Of a DNA stretch of 64,000 nt, positions 30,401-45,077 are shown piece by piece. The position numbers and the translations under genes were made by a program. The stretch lies in the NCBI RefSeq assembly GCF_009914755.1, contig NC_060940.1; one strand, given 5' to 3'. How positions within the stretch are numbered: the first letter of the stretch is position 1; each line of letters opens with the position of its first letter. The notes under the pieces are model-generated. The model was not told the origin of the DNA. It worked only from the letters and a program-made list of their open reading frames with translations, and searched no databases. This stretch comes from the human T2T-CHM13v2.0 reference genome, Homo sapiens.

Positions 30401-33400
30401 AATGATTATCCCATTAGAGTAAACTCAACGATTCCATTCAATACCATTCAATGATTCCTTTTGAGTCCATTCAATGATTTCATTCAAGTCCATTTGATGA
30501 TTCCTTTCAATTCCATTCTATGATGATTCCATTCGAGTCCATTCGATGATTCCATTCGATTGCATTCGATGATTCCATTATATTCCATTCAACGGTGATT
30601 CCATTCGAGTCCATTCCATGATTCCATTAGAGTACATTTAATGATTGCTTTGTTTTCAATTCGAAGATGATTACATTGGATTCCATTCTATGATACCATT
30701 CGATTCCATTCAATGATGATTCCACTCAAATCCATTGGATGATTCCATTCGTGTCCATTCGGTGATTTCATTAGATTCCATTCGAGGATGATTCCATTCG
30801 ATTCCATTCGATGATTCCATTCAATTCCATTCGATGATGATTCCATTCCAGTCCATATGATCATTCCATTTGATTTCATTCGATGATGATTCCATTCGAT
30901 TCCTTTCGACGATTCCATTCTATTCCATTCGATGATGATTCCATTCGAGTCCATTCGATGATTCCATTCGAGTCCATTTAATGATTCCATTGGGTTCAAT
31001 TCAATGATGATTACATTGGATTCCGTTCTATGATTCCATTCAATTCCGTTCATTGACAATTTGATTCCATTCGATGATGATTCCATTTGAGTTCATTCGA
31101 TGATTCTATTCGATTCTCTTCGATGGTGATTCAATTCTATTATATTGGATGATTCCATTCGATTCCATTTGATGTTGATTCAATTCGATTCTATTCGATG
31201 ATGATTCCATTGGATTTCACTTGATGATTCTATTCGATTCCATTCAATGATGATTCACTTCTCGTCCATTGGATGATTCCATTTCATTCCATTCGATGAT
31301 GATTCCATTCGATTCCATTCGATGATTCCATTTGATTCCATGCGACGGTGAGCAATTCGATTCAATTCCATGATGATTCTATTTGATTCAATTAGATGAT
31401 GTTTCCATTCGAATCCATTCCATGATTATTCCATTGGAATCCATTCGGCGATGATTCCATATGAGTCAATTCAATGATGATTCCATATGGGTCCGTTCGA
31501 TGATAATTCCATTTGATTTCATTCGATGCTTCTATTCTATTCCAGTCGATGATGATTCCGTTGGAGTCCATACGATGATTCCATTTGATTTCATTTGATG
31601 ATGATTCCATTCGATGATGATTACATTGGATTCCATTCTATGATTCCATTCAATTCCATTCGTTGATGATTCGATTCCATTCAATGATGATTCCATTTGA
31701 GTTCATTCGATGATTCTATTCGATTCCGTTCGATGGTGATTCAATTCTATTATATTGGATGATTCGACTCGATTCCATTTGGTGATTATTCCATTGGAGT
31801 CCACTTAGTGAATCCTTTAGATTCTACTCGACGATGATTCCATTCGAGTCCATTCGATGATACCATTCAATTCCATTCGTTGATGCTTCCATTCAAGTGC
31901 ATTCGATGATATCATTCGATTCCATTTGATGATAATTCCATTTGATTCCATGCGATGATTCTATTCGATTCCATTCAATGATAATTCCATTCAATTCAGT
32001 GATTCCTCTGGACTCCATTTGATGATGATTCCATTCAATGATTCCATTCGATTCTATTCGAAAATGATTCCATTTGAATCCATTTGATGATGATTCCATT
32101 AGATTCCATTTGATGATTCCATTCGATTCCATTCGACGATGATTCCATTCGATTCCGTTTGATGATTCCATTCCATTCTATTCGATGATGATTCCATTCG
32201 ATTCCATTCGATGATGATTGGATTCGATTCCATTTGATGATTTCATTTGATTCCATTCGTTAATGATTTCGATCAATTCCATTCGATGATTCCATTCGAT
32301 TCCATTCGATAATGATTACATCCGAGTCCATTCGATGATTCCCTTTGAGCCTGTTCGATAATTCCATTTGAGTCCAACCAATGATTCCATTCATTTCCAT
32401 TCAATGATTCCATTCGAGTCCATTTGATCATTCCGGTAGGGTCCATTCGATGTTGATTCCATTGGAGTGCATTCGATGATTCCATTCGAGTCCATTTTAG
32501 GATTTGATTCGAGTCCTTTCGATGATTCCATTCGATTCCACTCGATGATGATTTCATTCGAGTCCATTCGACACTTCCAATCGATTCCATTTGATGATTC
32601 CATTCGAGTCCAATTGATGATTCCATTCAATTCCATTCGATGATGATTCCGTACGATTCCATTCTGTGATGATTCCATGTGATTGCATTCAATGATGATT
32701 CCTTTCGATTGCATTCGATTATGATTCATTTCGTGTTCATTCTATGGTTCCACAGGTTTCCATTCGTGTCCATTCCATTATTCCATTCTATTCCATTTGA
32801 TGATGATTCCATTCGATTCCATTCATTGGTGATTCCACTCAATTCCATTCAATGATTCCATTCCATTTCTTTCAACAATGATTCCATTAGTTTCTAATCG
32901 ATGATCCACTTGATTCCATTTGACGACGATTCCATTCTTGTCCATTCGATGATTCCATTTGATTCCATATGATGATGATTCCATTCGATTCCATACCATG
33001 ATGATTCCATTCGAGTCCATTCAATGGTGATTCCATTCAATTCCATTCGATGATTCCTTTTGATTCCATTCGATGATGATGGCATTCGATTCCTTTCAAT
33101 CATTCCCTTTGATTCCATTCAAAGGTGATTTCATTCAAGTCCATTCGATAATTGCATTCGAATCCATTCTATGATGATTCCATTCGAGTCCATTTGATGA
33201 TTCCATTCAATTCAAGTCAATGATGATTCCATTCGATTCCATTCGATGATTCCATTGGATTCCATTCGATGATGATTCCATTCAAATCCATTCGATAATT
33301 CAATTCAAGTCCATTCGATGATGATTCCAATCGAATCCATTCAAAGATTCCATTCAGTTCCATTCGATGATTCCCTTAGATTCCATTCGATGATTCCACT

Positions 33401-36400
33401 TGATTGCATTTACGATGATTCCATTCGATTCCATGTGATGATTCCATTCAATTCTATTCAATGATGTCTCCATTTGATTCCATTCGACCATGATTGCCTT
33501 TGATTCCATTCAATGATTCCATTCGGTTCCGTTTGATGATGATTCCGTTCGATTCCATTTGATGATTCCATTTGATTCCATTGGATGAGTCCATTCGATT
33601 ACATTCGATGATTATTCCATTCGAGTGCATTAGATGATTCCATTCGAGTCCATTCGATGATTCCATTCGATTCCATTCGATGTTGATTCTGTTCAAATCC
33701 ATTCGATGATTCCACTCGATTCCATTCGTTGACTCCATTTGATCCCATTCGATGATTTCCTTTGATTCCCTTTGATGATCATTCCATTTGATTCAATTCG
33801 GTGATTTCATTTGATTCCATTCAGTGATGTTTCCATTCGACTCCATTCGATGATGATTCCATTCGACTCCATTCGATTATGATTTCATTCAATTCCATTC
33901 GATAATGATTCCCTTCGAGTCCATTCGATGATTCCATTCGATTCCATTCAACGATGATTTGATTCGTGTCCATTCGATGATTGCATTTGATTCCACTTGA
34001 TGATGATTCCATTCGAGTCCATTTGATGATTCCATTCAATTCCATACTCCGATGATTTCTTTTGAGCCCACTCAATGCTTCCACTCGATTCCATATGATG
34101 ATGACTCCATTCGATGAAATTCGATGATGATTCCATTCGCTTGCTTTCGATGATGATTCCACTTGAGTCCGTTAGAAGATTCTATTCAATTACATTCCAT
34201 GACGATTCCGTTCGAGTCCATTTGATGATTCCATTAGACTCCATTCGACGATGATTCCATTCGATGTTATTCGATGATTCCATTCGATCTCATTCGATGA
34301 TGATTCCATTCAACTCCATTCGATGTTTCCATTCGAGTTCATTCTATTATTCCATTACATTCCATTCGATGATGATTCCATTCGATTCCATTTGATGATT
34401 GCATTCTATTTCATTTGATGATGATTCCATTCGAGTCCACTCGATGATTCCATTCGAGTCCATTTAATGAATCCATTGGTTTCAATTCTATGATGATTAC
34501 ATTGGATTCCATTCGTTGATGATTTCATTCGGTTCCATTCAATGATGATTCCATTCAATTCCTTTCAATGTTTCCATTCAATTCCATACGATGATGATTC
34601 CATTTGATTTGATTCGACAGTGAGCCATTCGATTCAATTCCATGATGATTCTATTTGATTCAATTGGTTGACATTTCCATTCGATTCCATTCGATGATGA
34701 TTCCCTTTGATTCCGTTCAAAGATGATTCCATTCTAGCCCATTCAATCATTCCATTCGATTCTATTCAATGATGATTCCATTCATGTCGATTTGGTGATT
34801 CCATTTGACTTCATTTGATGATGATTCCTTTCAAGTTCATTAGATGATTCCATTCGATTCCATTTGATGATGATCCCATTCGAGTCCATTCAGTGATTCC
34901 ATTCGTTTCCATTCCATGATGATTCCATTCCTTTCCATTCAATGATTCCATTCGATTCCGTTTGATGATGATTTCATTCGAGTCCATTTGATGATTCCAT
35001 TTGATTCCATTCGATGATGATTCCATTCGAGTCCATTCGATGATTCTATTCGAATCCATTTGATGATTTCTTTTGATTATATTTGGTGATGATTCCATTG
35101 GAGTCCATTCAATGATTCCATTCTATTCCAATCGATGATGATTCCATTAGAGTCCATTTAATGATTCCATTTGATTCCAGTCTCTGATGATTACATTCGA
35201 GTCCATACGATGATTCCACTCAATTCCATATGATGATGATTCCATTTGATTCCATTCGGTGATTCCATTCTATTCTATTCAATGGTGATTCCATTCGAGT
35301 ACATTAGATGATTCCATTCGATTCCATTCAATGATGATTCTATTTGTGTCCCTTAGATGATTCCACATGATTCCATTACATGATGATACTATTTGAGCCC
35401 ATCCAATGATTCCCTTCGATTCCATTCGATGAGGATTCCATTCGATTCAATTCATTGGTGTTTCTATTCAATTCAATTCTTTGATTCCATTCCATTCCAT
35501 TCGACAATGATTCCATTCGATTACTTTCGATGATTCCACTCGATTCCACTTGACATTGATTCCATTCGATTCCATTCAATGATTCCATTTGATTCCAGTG
35601 GATGATGATTGCCATCGATTCCATTCGATCACTCCATTCTATTCCATTTGATGATGATTACATTCGATTCCATTTGATGATTCCATCTGATTCTATTCGA
35701 GGATTCCATTTGATTCCATTCGATGATGATTCCATTCGAGTCCATTCGATGATTTCATTCGAGTACATCCAATGATTCCATTCGAGTCCATTAGATGATT
35801 CCATTTGATTCCATTTGAAAATGATTCTACTAGAGTCCATTCAATGACTCCATTCGAGTCCATTCAACAATTCCATTCGACTCCATTCGATGATTCCATT
35901 CGATTCCATTTGATGGTTCCATTCGAGTCCATTTAATCATTACAGTCGAGTCCATTTGGTGATTCCACTGGATTTCTTTTGATAATGATACCATTCAATT
36001 ACATTTGATGATGATCCCATTCAACTTCATTTGATGATGATTCCATTAGAGTCCATTCGATGATTTCATTCGAGTCCCTTCATTGATTCCATCCGATTTC
36101 ATTGGATGATGACTCCATTCGAGTCCATTCGATGATTCCACTCGATTCCATTAGATGACTCCATTGGAGTCCATTTGATTGTTCCATTCGATTCCATTCG
36201 ATTCCTTTCGAAGATTATTCCATTTGAGTCCATTCGATGATGATTCCATTCCATTCGATGATTCCGTTTGATTCCATTCGATGATTCCCTGCGATTCCTT
36301 TCTATGATGATTCCATTGCATTCCATTCAATGATTCCATTCGAATCTATTCCATGATGATTCCTTTCGATTCCATTCGCTGATGTTTCCGTTCAATTCCA

Positions 36401-36663
36401 TTCGATGATGATTCCATTCGATTCCATTCATTGAGGATTCCATTGGATTCCATTCAATGATGATTCCATTCTATTCCATTCAATGATTGCATTCAATTCC
36501 ATTCAATGATTATCCCATTAGAGTAAACTCAACGATTCCATTCAATACCATTCGATGATGATTCCGTTTGAGTCCATTCAATGATTTCATTCAAGTCCAT
36601 TTGATGATTCCTTTCAATTCCATTCTATGATGATTCCATTCGAGTCCATTCGATGATTCCATT
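24448..36663 (+). repeat. 6.1-kb units U5 (24448-30556, 6,109 bp) and U6 (30557-36663, 6,107 bp)
   Basis: U5 lacks one GAT/ATG triplet near 30450. U6 lacks one CCATT pentamer near 36250. ORF offsets are 6,109 and 6,107. Confidence 0.9.
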
Positions 36664-39600
36664 CGATTGCATTCGATGATTCCATTATATTCCATTCAAC
36701 GGTGATTCCATTCGAGTCCATTCCATGATTCCATTAGAGTACATTTAATGATTGCTTTGTTTTCAATTCGAAGATGATTACATTGGATTCCATTCTATGA
36801 TACCATTCGATTCCATTCAATGATGATTCCACTCAAATCCATTGGATGATTCCATTCGTGTCCATTCGGTGATTTCATTAGATTCCATTCGAGGATGATT
36901 CCATTCGATTCCATTCGATGATTCCATTCAATTCCATTCGATGATGATTCCATTCCAGTCCATATGATCATTCCATTTGATTTCATTCGATGATGATTCC
37001 ATTCGATTCCTTTCGACGATTCCATTCTATTCCATTCGATGATAATTCCATTCGAGTCCATTCGATGATTCCATTCGAGTCCATTTAATGATTCCATTGG
37101 GTTCAATTCAATTATGATTACATTGGATTCCGTTCTATGATTCCTTTCAATTCCGTTCATTGACAATTTGATTCCATTCGATGATGATTCCATTTGAGTT
37201 CATTCGATGATTCTATTCGATTCTCTTCGATGGTGATTCAATTCTATTATATTGGATGATTCCACTCGATTCCATTTGATGATTATTCCATTGGAGTCCA
37301 CTTAGTGAATCCTTTAGATTCTACTAGACCATGATTCCATTCGAGTCCATTCGATGATACCATTCAATTCCATTCGTTGATGCTTCCATTCAAGTGCATT
37401 CGATGATATCATTCGATTCCATTTGATGATAATTCCATTTGATTCCATGCGATGATTCTATTCGATTCCATTCAATGATAATTCCATTCAATTCAGTGAT
37501 TCCTCTGGACTCCATTTGATGATGATTCCATTCAATGATTCCATTCGATTCTATTCGAAAATGATTCCATTTGAATCCATTTGATGATAATTCCATTAGA
37601 TTCCATTTGATGATTCCATTCGATTCCATTCGACGATGATTCCATTCGATTCCGTTTGATGATTCCATTCTATTCTATTCGATGATGATTCCATTCGATT
37701 CCATTCGATGATGATTGGATTCGATTCCATTGGATGATTTCATTTGATTCCATTCGTTAATGATTTCGATCAATTCCATTCGATGATTCCATTTGATTCC
37801 ATTCGATAATGATTACATCCGAGTCCATTCGATAATTCCCTTTGAGCCCGTTCGATAATTCCATTTGAGTCCAACCAATGATTCCATTCATTTCCATTCA
37901 ATGATTCCATTCGAGTCCATTTGATCATTCCGGTAGGGTCCATTCGATGTTGATTCCATTGGAGTGCATTCGATGATTCCATTCGAGTCCATTTTAGGAT
38001 TTGATTCGAGTCCTTTCGATGATTCCATTCGATTCCACTCGATGATGATTTCATTCGAGTCCATTCGACACTTCCAATCGATTCCATTTGATGATTCCAT
38101 TCGAGTCCAATTAATGATTCCATTCAATTCCATTCGATGATGATTCCGTACGATTCCATTCTGTGATGATTCCATGTGATTGCATTCAATGATGATTCCT
38201 TTCGATTGCATTCGATTATGATTCATTTCGTGTTCATTCTATGGTTCCACAGGTTTCCATTCGTGTCCATTCCATTATTCCATTCTATTCCATTTGATGA
38301 TGATTCCATTCGATTCCATTCATTGGTGATTCCACTCAATTCCATTCAATGATTCCATTCCATTTCTTTCAACAATGATTCCATTAGTTTCTAATCGATG
38401 ATCCACTTGATTCCATTTGACGACGATTCCATTCTTGTCCATTCGATGATTCCATTTGATTCCATATGATGATGATTCCATTCGATTCCATACCATGATG
38501 ATTCCATTCGAGTCCATTCAATGGTGATTCCATTCAATTCCATTCGATGATTCCTTTTGATTCCATTCGATGATGATGGCATTCGATTCCTTTCAATCAT
38601 TCCCTTTGATTCCATTCAAAGGTGATTTCATTCAAGTCCATTCGATAATTGCATTCGATTCCATTCTATGATGATTCCATTCGAGTCCATTTGATGATTC
38701 CATTCAATTCAAGTCAATGATGATTCCATTCGATTCCATTCGATGATTCCATTGGATTCCATTCGATGATGATTCCATTCAAATCCATTCGATAATTCAA
38801 TTCAAGTCCATTCGATGATGATTCCAATCGAATCCATTCAAAGATTCCATTCAGTTCCATTCGATGATTCCCTTAGATTCCATTCGATGATTCCACTTGA
38901 TTGCATTTACGATGATTCCATTCGATTCCATGTGATGATTCCATTCAATTCTATTCAATGATGTCTCCATTTGATTCCATTCGACCATGATTGCCTTTGA
39001 TTCCATTCAATGATTCCATTCGGTTCCGTTTGATGATGATTCCGTTCGATTCCATTTGATGATTCCATTTGATTCCATTGGATGAGTCCATTCGATTACA
39101 TTCGATGATTATTCCATTCGAGTGCATTAGATGATTCCATTCGAGTCCATTCGATGATTCCATTCGATTCCATTCGATGTTGATTCTGTTCAAATCCATT
39201 CGATGATTCCACTCGATTCCATTCGTTGACTCCATTTGATCCCATTCGATGATTTCCTTTGATTCCCTTTGATGATCATTCCATTTGATTCAATTCGGTG
39301 ATTTCATTTGATTCCATTCAGTGATGTTTCCATTCGACTCCATTCGATGATGATTCCATTCGACTCCATTCGATTATGATTTCATTCAATTCCATTCGAT
39401 AATGATTCCCTTCGAGTCCATTCGATGATTCCATTCGATTCCATTCAACGATGATTTGATTCGTGTCCATTCGATGATTCCATTTGATTCCACTTGATGA
39501 TGATTCCATTCGAGTCCATTTGATGATTCCATTCAATTCCATACTCCGATGATTTCTTTTGAGCCCACTCAATGCTTCCACTCGATTCCATATGATGATG

Positions 39601-42164
39601 ACTCCATTTGATGAAATTCGATGATGATTCCATTCGCTTGCTTTCGATGATGATTCCACTTGAGTCCGTTAGAAGATTCTATTCAATTACATTCCATGAC
39701 GATTCCGTTCGAGTCCATTTGATGATTCCATTAGACTCCATTCGACGATGATTCCATTCGATGTTATTCGATGATTCCATTCGATCTCATTCGATGATGA
39801 TTCCATTCAACTCCATTCGATGTTTCCATTCGAGTTCATTCTATTATTCCATTAGATTCCATTCGATGATGATTCCATTCGATTCCATTTGATGATTGCA
39901 TTCTATTTCATTTGATGATGATTCCATTCGAGTCCACTCGATGATTCCATCGAGTCCATTTAATGAATCCATTGGTTTCAATTCTATGATGATTACATTG
40001 GATTCCATTCGTTGATGATTTCATTCGGTTCCATTCAATGATGATTCCATTCAATTCCTTTCAATGTTTCCATTCAATTCCATACGATGATGATTCCATT
40101 TGATTTGATTCGACAGTGAGCCATTCGATTCAATTCCATGATGATTCTATTTGATTCAATTGGTTGACATTTCCATTCGATTCCATTCGATGATGATTCC
40201 CTTTGATTCCGTTCAAAGATGATTCCATTCTAGCCCATTCAATCATTCCATTCGATTCTATTCAATGATGATTCCATTCATGTCGATTTGGTGATTCCAT
40301 TTGACTTCATTTGATGATGATTCCTTTCAAGTTCATTAGATGATTCCATTCGATTCCATTTGATGATGATCCCATTCGAGTCCATTCAGTGATTCCATTC
40401 GTTTCCATTCCATGATGATTCCATTCCTTTCCATTCAATGATTCCATTCGATTCCGTTTGATGATGATTTCATTCGAGTCCATTTGATGATTCCATTTGA
40501 TTCCATTCGATGATGATTCCATTCGAGTCCATTCGATGATTCTATTCGAATCCATTTGATGATTTCTTATGATTATATTTGGTGATGATTCCATTGGAGT
40601 CCATTCAATGATTCCATTCTATTCCAATCGATGATGATTCCATTAGAGTCCATTTAATGATTCCATTTGATTCCAGTCTCTGATGATTACATTCGAGTCC
40701 ATACGATGATTCCACTCAATTCCATATGATGATGATTCCATTTGATTCCATTCGGTGATTCCATTCTATTCTATTCAATGGTGATTCCATTCGAGTACAT
40801 TAGATGATTCCATTCGATTCCATTCAATGATGATTCTATTTGTGTCCCTTAGATGATTCCACATGATTCCATTACATGATGATACTATTTGAGCCCATCC
40901 AATGATTCCCTTCGATTCCATTCGATGAGGATTCCATTCGATTCAATTCATTGGTGATTCTATTCAATTCAATTCTTTGATTCCATTCCATTCCATTCGA
41001 CAATGATTCCATTCGATTACTTTCGATGATTCCACTCGATTCCACTTGACATTGATTCCATTCGATTCCATTCAATGATTCCATTTGATTCCAGTGGATG
41101 ATGATTGCCATCGATTCCATTCGATCACTCCATTCTATTCCATTTGATGATGATTACATTCGATTCCATTTGATGATTCCATCTGATTCTATTCGAGGAT
41201 TCCATTTGATTCCATTCGATGATGATTCCATTCGAGTGCATTCGATGATTTCATTCGAGTACATCCAATGATTCCATTCGAGTCCATTAGATGATTCCAT
41301 TTGATTCCATTTGAAAATGATTCTACTAGAGTCCATTCAATGACTCCATTCGAGTCCATTCAACAATTCCATTCGACTCCATTCGATGATTCCATTCGAT
41401 TCCATTTGATGGTTCCATTCGAGTCCATTTAATCATTACAGTCGAGTCCATTTGGTGATTCCACTGGATTTCTTTTGATAATGATACCATTCAATTACAT
41501 TTGATGATGATCCCATTCAACTTCATTTGATGATGATTCCATTAGAGTCCATTCGATGATTTCATTCGAGTCCCTTCATTGATTCCATCCGATTTCATTG
41601 GATGATGACTCCATTCGAGTCCATTCGATGATTCCACTCGATTCCATTAGATGACTCCATTGGAGTCCATTTGATTGTTCCATTCGATTCCATTCGATTC
41701 CTTTCGAACATTATTCCATTTGAGTCCATTCGATGATGATTCCATTCCATTCCATTCGATGATTCCGTTTGATTCCATTCGATGATTCCCTGCGATTCCT
41801 TTCTATGATGATTCCATTCCATTCCATTCAATGATTCCATTCGAATCTATTCCATGATGATTCCTTTCGATTCCATTCGCTGATGTTTCCGTTCAATTCC
41901 ATTCGATGATGATTCCATTCGATTCCATTCATTGAGGATTCCATTGGATTCCATTCAATGATGATTCCATTCTATTCCATTCAATGATTGCATTCAATTC
42001 CATTCAATGATTATCCCATTAGAGTAAACTCAACGATTCCATTCAATACCATTCAATGATGATTCCGTTTGAGTCCATTCAATGATTTCATTCAAGTCCA
42101 TTTGATGATTCCTTTCAATTCCATTCTATGATGATTCCATTCGAGTCCATTCGATGATTCCATT
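36664..42164 (+). repeat. Truncated unit U7 (5,501 bp; 610-bp internal deletion plus 1-bp deletion)
   Basis: Spacing between the first ORF and the 92-aa ORF drops from 1,205 (132 to 1337) to 595 (36795 to 37390). The junction is at ~37226-37264. A 1-bp loss lies at ~39950 (TTCCAT-CGAG). Confidence 0.9.
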
Positions 42165-45077
42165 CGATTGCATTCGATGATTCCATTATATTCCATTCAA
42201 CGGTGATTCCATTCGAGTCCATTCCATGATTCCATTAGAGTACATTTAATGATTGCTTTGTTTTCAATTCGAAGATGATTACATTGGATTCCATTCTATG
42301 ATACCATTCGATTCCATTCAATGATGATTCCACTCAAATCCATTGGATGATTCCATTCGTGTCCATTCGGTGATTTCATTAGATTCCATTCGAGGATGAT
42401 TCCATTCGATTCCATTCGATGATTCCATTCAATTCCATTCGATGATGATTCCATTCCAGTCCATATGATCATTCCATTTGATTTCATTCGATGATGATTC
42501 CATTCGATTCCTTTCGACGATTCCATTCTATTCCATTCGATGATAATTCCATTCGAGTCCATTCGATGATTCCATTCGAGTCCATTTAATGATTCCATTG
42601 GGTTCAATTCAATGATGATTACATTGGATTCCGTTCTATGATTCCATTCAATTCCATTCTCCGATGAATTCTTTTGAGCCCATTCAATGCTTCCACTCGA
42701 TTCCATATGATGATGACTCCATTTGATGAAATTCCATGATGATTCCATTCGCTTGCATTCGATGATGATTCCACTTGAGTCCGTTAGAAGATTCTATTCA
42801 ATTACATTCCATGACGATTCTGTTCGAGTCCATTTGATGATTCCATTAGACTCCATTTGACGATGATTCCATTCGATGTTATTCGATGATGCTTCCATTC
42901 AACTCCATTCGATGTTTCCATTCGAGTTCATTCTATTATTCCATTAGATTCCATTCGATGATGATTCCATTCGATTCCATTTGATGATTGCATTCTGTTT
43001 CATTTGATGATGATTCCATTCGAGTCCATTCGATGATTCCATTCGAGTCCATTTAATGAATCCATTGGTTTCAATTCTATGATGATTACATTGGATTCCA
43101 TTCGTTGATGATTTCATTCGATTCCATTCAATGATGATTCCATTCAATTCCATTCAATGATTCCATTCAATTCCATACGATGATGATTCCATTTGATTTG
43201 ATTCGACAGTGAGCCATTCGATTCAATTCCATGATGATTCTATTTGATTCAATTGGTTGACATTTCCATTCGATTCCATTCGATGATGATTCCATTTGAT
43301 TCCATTCAAAGATGATTCCATTCTAGCCCATTCAATCATTCCATTCGATTCTATTCAATGATGATTCCATTCATGTCGATTTGGTGATTCCATTTGACTT
43401 CATTTGATGATGATTCCTTTCAAGTTCATTAGATGATTCCATTCGATTCCATTTGATGATGATCCCATTCGAGTCCATTCAGTGATTCCACTCGTTTCCA
43501 TTCCATGATGATTCCATTCCATTCCATTCAATGATTCCATTCGATTCCGTTTGATGATGATTTCATTCGAGTCCATTTGATGATTCCATTTGATTCCATT
43601 CGATGATGATTACATTCGAGTCCATACGATGATTCCACTCAATTCCATATGATGATGATTCCATTCGATTCCATTCGATGATTCCATTCTATTCTATTCA
43701 ATGGTGATTCCATTCGAGTACATTAGATGATTCCATTCGATTCCATTCAATGATGATTCTATTTGTGTCCCTTAGATGGTTCCACATGATTCCATTTCAT
43801 GATGATACTATTTGAGCCCATCCAATGATTCCCTTCGTATTCATTCGATGACGATTCCATTCGATTCAATTCATTGGTGATTCTATTCAATTCAATTCTT
43901 TGATTCCATTCCATTCCATTCGACAATGATTCCATTCGATTTCTTTCGATGATTCCACTCGATTCCACTTGACATTGATTCCATTCGATTCCATTCAATG
44001 ATTCCGTTTGATTCCAGTGGATGATGATTGCCATCGATTCCATTCGATCACTCCATTCTATTCCATTTGATGATGATTACATTCTATTCCATTTGATGAT
44101 TCCATCTGATTCTATTCGAGGATTCCATTTGATTCCATTCGATGATGATTCCATTCGAGTGCATTCGATGATTTCATTCGAGTACATCCAATGATTCCAT
44201 TCGAGTCCATTTGATGATTCCATTTAATTCCATTTGATTATGATTCTACTAGAGTCCATTCAATGACTCCATTCGAATCCATTCAACAATTCCATTCGAG
44301 GCCATTCGATGATTCCATTTCATGATTCCATTCGAGTCTATTTAATCATTACAGTCGAGTCCATTTGGTGATTCCACTGGATTTCTTTTGATAATGATAC
44401 CATTCAATTACATTTGATGATGATCCCATTCAATTTCATTTGATGGTGATTCCATTAGAGTCCATTCGATGATTTCATTCGAGTCTCTTCATTTATTCCA
44501 TCCGATTTCATTGGATGATGACTCCATTCGAGTCCATTCGATGATTCCACTCGATTCCATTAGATGATTCCATTGGAGTCCATTTGATTGTTCCATTCGA
44601 TTCTATTCGATTCCTTTCGAAGATTATTCCGTTTGAGTCCATTCGATGATGATTCCATTCCATTCCATTCGATGATTCCGTTTGATTCCATTCGATGATT
44701 CCCTTCGATTCCTTTCTTTGATGATTCCATTCCATTCCATTCAATGATTCCATTCGAATCTATTCCATGATGATTCCTTTCGATTCCATTCGCTGATGTT
44801 TCCGTTCAATTCCATTCGATGATGATTCCATTCGATTCCATTCATTGAGGATTCCATTTGATTCCATTCAATGATGATTCCATTCTATTCCATTCAATGA
44901 TTGCATTCAATTCCATTCAATGATTATCCCCTTAGAGTAAACTCAACGATTCCATTCAATACCATTCTATGATGATTCCTTTTGAGTCCATTCAATGATT
45001 TCATTCAAGTCCATTTGATGATTCCTTTCAATTCCATTCTATGATGATTCCATTCGAGTCCATTCGATGATTCCATT
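42165..45077 (+). repeat. Truncated, chimeric unit U8 (2,913 bp; deletions of 2,996 + 23 + 170 + 10 bp)
   Basis: Unit position ~490 is joined to ~3490 at 42638-42655. Further losses lie near 42890 (23 bp), 43610 (170 bp) and 44320 (10 bp). 6112-2996-203=2913 matches the landmark spacing. Confidence 0.87.

Larger units (their letters stand above)
1..36663 (+). repeat. Tandem array of six ~6.11-kb higher-order repeat units (probably HSat2B, chr16-type)
   Basis: The landmark CGATTGCATTCGATGATTCCATTAT recurs at 1, 6112, 12224, 18336, 24448, 30557 and 36664. ORF-track copies repeat with the same offsets (132, 6243, 12355...). Unit phase is arbitrary, set by the window start. The subfamily and chromosome assignment rests on recall of a ~6.1-kb period for chr16 HSat2B, not on a search. 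Confidence 0.93.

Noticed and set aside
42296-42748. Longest ORF (150 aa), and similarly 46414..46767, as possible novel fusion genes
   Set aside because: They are chance in-frame read-throughs across deletion junctions. They are useful only as breakpoint markers.
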